From NCBI GenBank assembly GCA_030650425.1, contig JAUSED010000009.1, forward strand, positions 223,002 through 287,001: a stretch of DNA of 64,000 nt. Reading direction: 5' to 3'. This document shows positions 61,584-64,000 of the stretch, piece after piece; the stretch's first letter is position 1, and each line of letters begins with the position of its first letter. Origin of the DNA: Candidatus Omnitrophota bacterium. Lineage in GTDB: Bacteria; Omnitrophota; Gorgyraeia; Gygaellales; Profunditerraquicolaceae. A program made the position numbers and the translations under genes. The notes beneath the pieces were generated by a model. The model saw only the letters and a list, made by a program, of their open reading frames with translations, was not told the origin of the DNA and made no database searches.

Positions 61584-64000
61584 ACAGCTACAGCCGCCGC
61601 ATCCTCTTCCTTCTCCTTCTTCTCGTTAGCAAACTTAACAGAAACAATCTTGGATATTCCGGAATTCTGCATAGTAATTCCATACATCACATTGGCATTA
61701 ATAATAGTCTTTTTGTTATGCGTGATGACGATGAATTGCGAGCCGCGGGCAAATTCCTGTAAAACCCGGGAAAATTTATCTACGTTCGCTTCGTCTAAAG
61801 CCGCGTCGATTTCATCCAATATGCAGAACGGCGATGGCTTGACTTTAAATATGGCAAAGATGAGCGCGATTGCCGACATAGATTTTTCTCCGCCTGATAA
61901 CAAAAGCACATTCTGCAATTTCTTCCCCGGAGGACGGCAGATAATTTCAATCCCCGACTCAAGCGGGTCATTCTCGTCAAGCAGATAGACTTGGGCGTCG
62001 CCTCCGCCAAAAAGCAGGCGGAAATAATTACGGAACTCTTCGCGCACCTTCTCGAATGTTTCCATAAACATCTGTTTAGTGGTCCGGTTAATCTTCAATA
62101 TCGCTTGATGCAACGCGACTTTGGCGCCGGCCAAATCCGTCTGCTGCTGGATTAAGAAGTCATAGCGTTTTTTAAGTTCATCGTATTCTTCGATCGCTAC
62201 CAAATTCACCGATCCGCAGGCATCTACTTTTTTCTTTAGCTCAGTAATCTCCTGAGCCAGGGTCGCTAGATCTATCCCTTCAGGAAGAATCTCAATCTCT
62301 GCTAAATCAATTTTATAAGCCTGGAGCATCCTCTCTTTCATCCCAGAATATTTGTAATCTATCTCTTTATCCCGCATCTGTAATTCGTACAGCTTGTTTT
62401 TAAGCATATCCAAATCTTTTCGATTAGCCTCAATCTTAGCCGTTAACCCGCCGGCGCCTTCAGAGAGCTCGGCATAATGCGATTCTTCCGCTCTTAATAG
62501 CCCAGCCTTACTTTCCAAATCTTGCTTATGCTCGCTAATTTTAAGCTCGCATATCTTAACCTCTTCCCGCAAGGATAAAACCTTATTCGCGGAATCATCG
62601 ATTTGTTTTTCCGTGTTCTTTAAATTTTCCTTATCCCGGTTAAAGGTATCCTCTAAAATACTCAGGGTCTGTTCATCTGAAATTATTTTCTTGTGCAAAG
62701 ACTCTAACTCTGTCTTGACTTGGGTAATCGCTACCAATAATCCCTCTCTGGACTTACTGTTTGAAGAAACACTATCCTCTTCTTTAAGAATGGAGTCTTC
62801 AGAAAGGCGCTGCGTGTTATTTAACTCTGCCAGTATGTTTTGCGCGGTAGAAATATTTGCCTCCAAAACAGAGAGTTCTTTTTGGGTATCATTAAGCTCT
62901 AAGACAATGATGTCCTCTTCCTCTTTTATCTTATTAAACTGCTCCAGTATCGTCGATGATTGGGTCTCCTTATTGGCCAGGTTAATCTCCTGCGAGCGCA
63001 ATTCCTGCTGCAGAGAAAGGACCGATTTATTCAACCCTTCTATACCGGCTTCTTTTAGTTGTTTTGTATTCTTCAGAGAATCTAATTCCGCCATAATCCC
63101 GGCAATCTTTTCATCGATCTTACGGGTGTCGAGCTCAATGGGTTTAGCCTCTCCGGAAAGTTTAAAATTAGCCGGTAGATATGCTTTATCTTCGTCACTC
63201 AACTCCCCAAAAGTATTGACCTTAATCACTAATCCGCTGGTTTTTTCAGCCGGGAGCTTATCCAGATAAACAACCGCGTTCATTGTTTCACTGATATCAA
63301 GATATTTTTCTTTTAACTTCTCGAGAAATTCCTTATGTGACTCCAAGGCGAGCATCTGTTTTTCCAGCTCCGTGATCTGCGCGTTTGTATTGGTTAAGGC
63401 CAAGCCCTCTTTTTCCAACTCTAGATTAACTCCGCCAATCTTTTGGAGCAAATCTTCGATTACTCGCTTAACCGAATCGACTTCCTGAGTAATCTTCTTC
63501 AGGCTTTCTTCGGTAATTGCCTTTTCTTCATAAACCTTAGCCTTATCGATCTCGAGCCTCTTGCGCCGCGCAAGAAATACCTGTTGGGAAGATGTAAAAT
63601 CGGCAATCTGGTTCCTGGCAGCGGCTATCTTTACCACTGATTCCATTATTTCCTTCTTCAAATCTACGATCCGGGATAATGAATTCTTGATGTTTACGGC
63701 GAGCAAATTAATCTGGCCTTCTTTCTCCGCCAAGGCGAGGGATTTTTCTTCGATAGCGCTTTTTAAACCAAGATACTCTCCTTTTACCTCTTTCAGCTTC
63801 TCTTCATCGACAATCAGCTTGATCCTCACCTCTCCAATCTGCTCAGCTAGAGCCGCCTTTGCCTTCTCTAACTCAGCGGCCTTTTCTTGATTGAAACTTA
63901 TACGCTCGTTATTTCTGATGACCTGGCTCTCTAAATTCAAAATCTCATTCTTGAACGACATTATACTATCTTCCAACGCCTTTAATTCACTTGCGCGGGA
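61580..64000 (-). CDS. smc: Chromosome segregation protein SMC, 5'-truncated by the window, with an atypical hinge
   Basis: Frame open to the window end; long coiled coils, GSVNLVAIEEY, PPGKKLQ..LLSGGEK, SPFCILDEIDAALDEAN, QFIVITH, GITM..SGIS. Confidence 0.95.
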   Translation of the reverse strand, partial: SRASELKALEDSIMSFKNEILNLESQVIRNNERISFNQEKAAELEKAKAALAEQIGEVRIKLIVDEEKLKEVKGEYLGLKSAIEEKSLALAEKEGQINLLAVNIKNSLSRIVDLKKEIMESVVKIAAARNQIADFTSSQQVFLARRKRLEIDKAKVYEEKAITEESLKKITQEVDSVKRVIEDLLQKIGGVNLELEKEGLALTNTNAQITELEKQMLALESHKEFLEKLKEKYLDISETMNAVVYLDKLPAEKTSGLVIKVNTFGELSDEDKAYLPANFKLSGEAKPIELDTRKIDEKIAGIMAELDSLKNTKQLKEAGIEGLNKSVLSLQQELRSQEINLANKETQSSTILEQFNKIKEEEDIIVLELNDTQKELSVLEANISTAQNILAELNNTQRLSEDSILKEEDSVSSNSKSREGLLVAITQVKTELESLHKKIISDEQTLSILEDTFNRDKENLKNTEKQIDDSANKVLSLREEVKICELKISEHKQDLESKAGLLRAEESHYAELSEGAGGLTAKIEANRKDLDMLKNKLYELQMRDKEIDYKYSGMKERMLQAYKIDLAEIEILPEGIDLATLAQEITELKKKVDACGSVNLVAIEEYDELKKRYDFLIQQQTDLAGAKVALHQAILKINRTTKQMFMETFEKVREEFRNYFRLLFGGGDAQVYLLDENDPLESGIEIICRPPGKKLQNVLLLSGGEKSMSAIALIFAIFKVKPSPFCILDEIDAALDEANVDKFSRVLQEFARGSQFIVITHNKKTIINANVMYGITMQNSGISKIVSVKFANEKKEKEEDAAAVAV

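Noticed and set aside
61580-64000. SbcC/Rad50, RecN or Wadjet JetC instead of SMC
   Set aside because: The GxVNxxAIEEY, PPGK, LSGGEK and PFCILDEIDAALDEAN motifs are those of canonical SMC; there is no zinc hook and no jet genes.

Overview
Core chromosome of a bacterium, probably PVC superphylum and most consistent with Ca. Omnitrophota. This placement is inferred from the PVC-type EF-Tu switch I, the absence of rpmD and the gene content; no search confirms it. Almost every gene is on the minus strand. Read in the direction of transcription (right to left): smc (5'-truncated), a lone plus-strand GAF-GGDEF gene, recA-recX-alaS, hisD-B-H-A-(PG-binding lipoprotein)-F-I-trpE, rpsP-yajC-secDF-mfd-surA-pdxA-rsmA, tRNA-Thr-rpmG-tRNA-Trp-secE-nusG-rplKAJL-rpoBC, and the str, S10, spc and alpha clusters. 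These are followed by aspC-leuC-pilT-leuD-icd-mdh-lpdA-lipB, three minor pilins, a stand-alone lipoyl domain, an HD-GYP protein and a glycosyltransferase. There is no transposase, CRISPR array, prophage or rRNA. The unusual signal comes from two sources. (1) A dense population of small palindromic elements: hairpins built from stacked tandem G.A mismatches, GTAG-led REP-like doublets with fixed 26-27 nt spacers, two insertions whose 5-bp target duplication overlaps a start codon, and in-frame heptamer repeats inside enzymes. (2) Remodelled core proteins: SMC whose hinge is replaced by a ~60-aa segment, a 635-aa Mfd, HisB missing two metal-ligand histidines, and L17 with an amphipathic tail. 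Coordinates not in the ORF track were read by hand.
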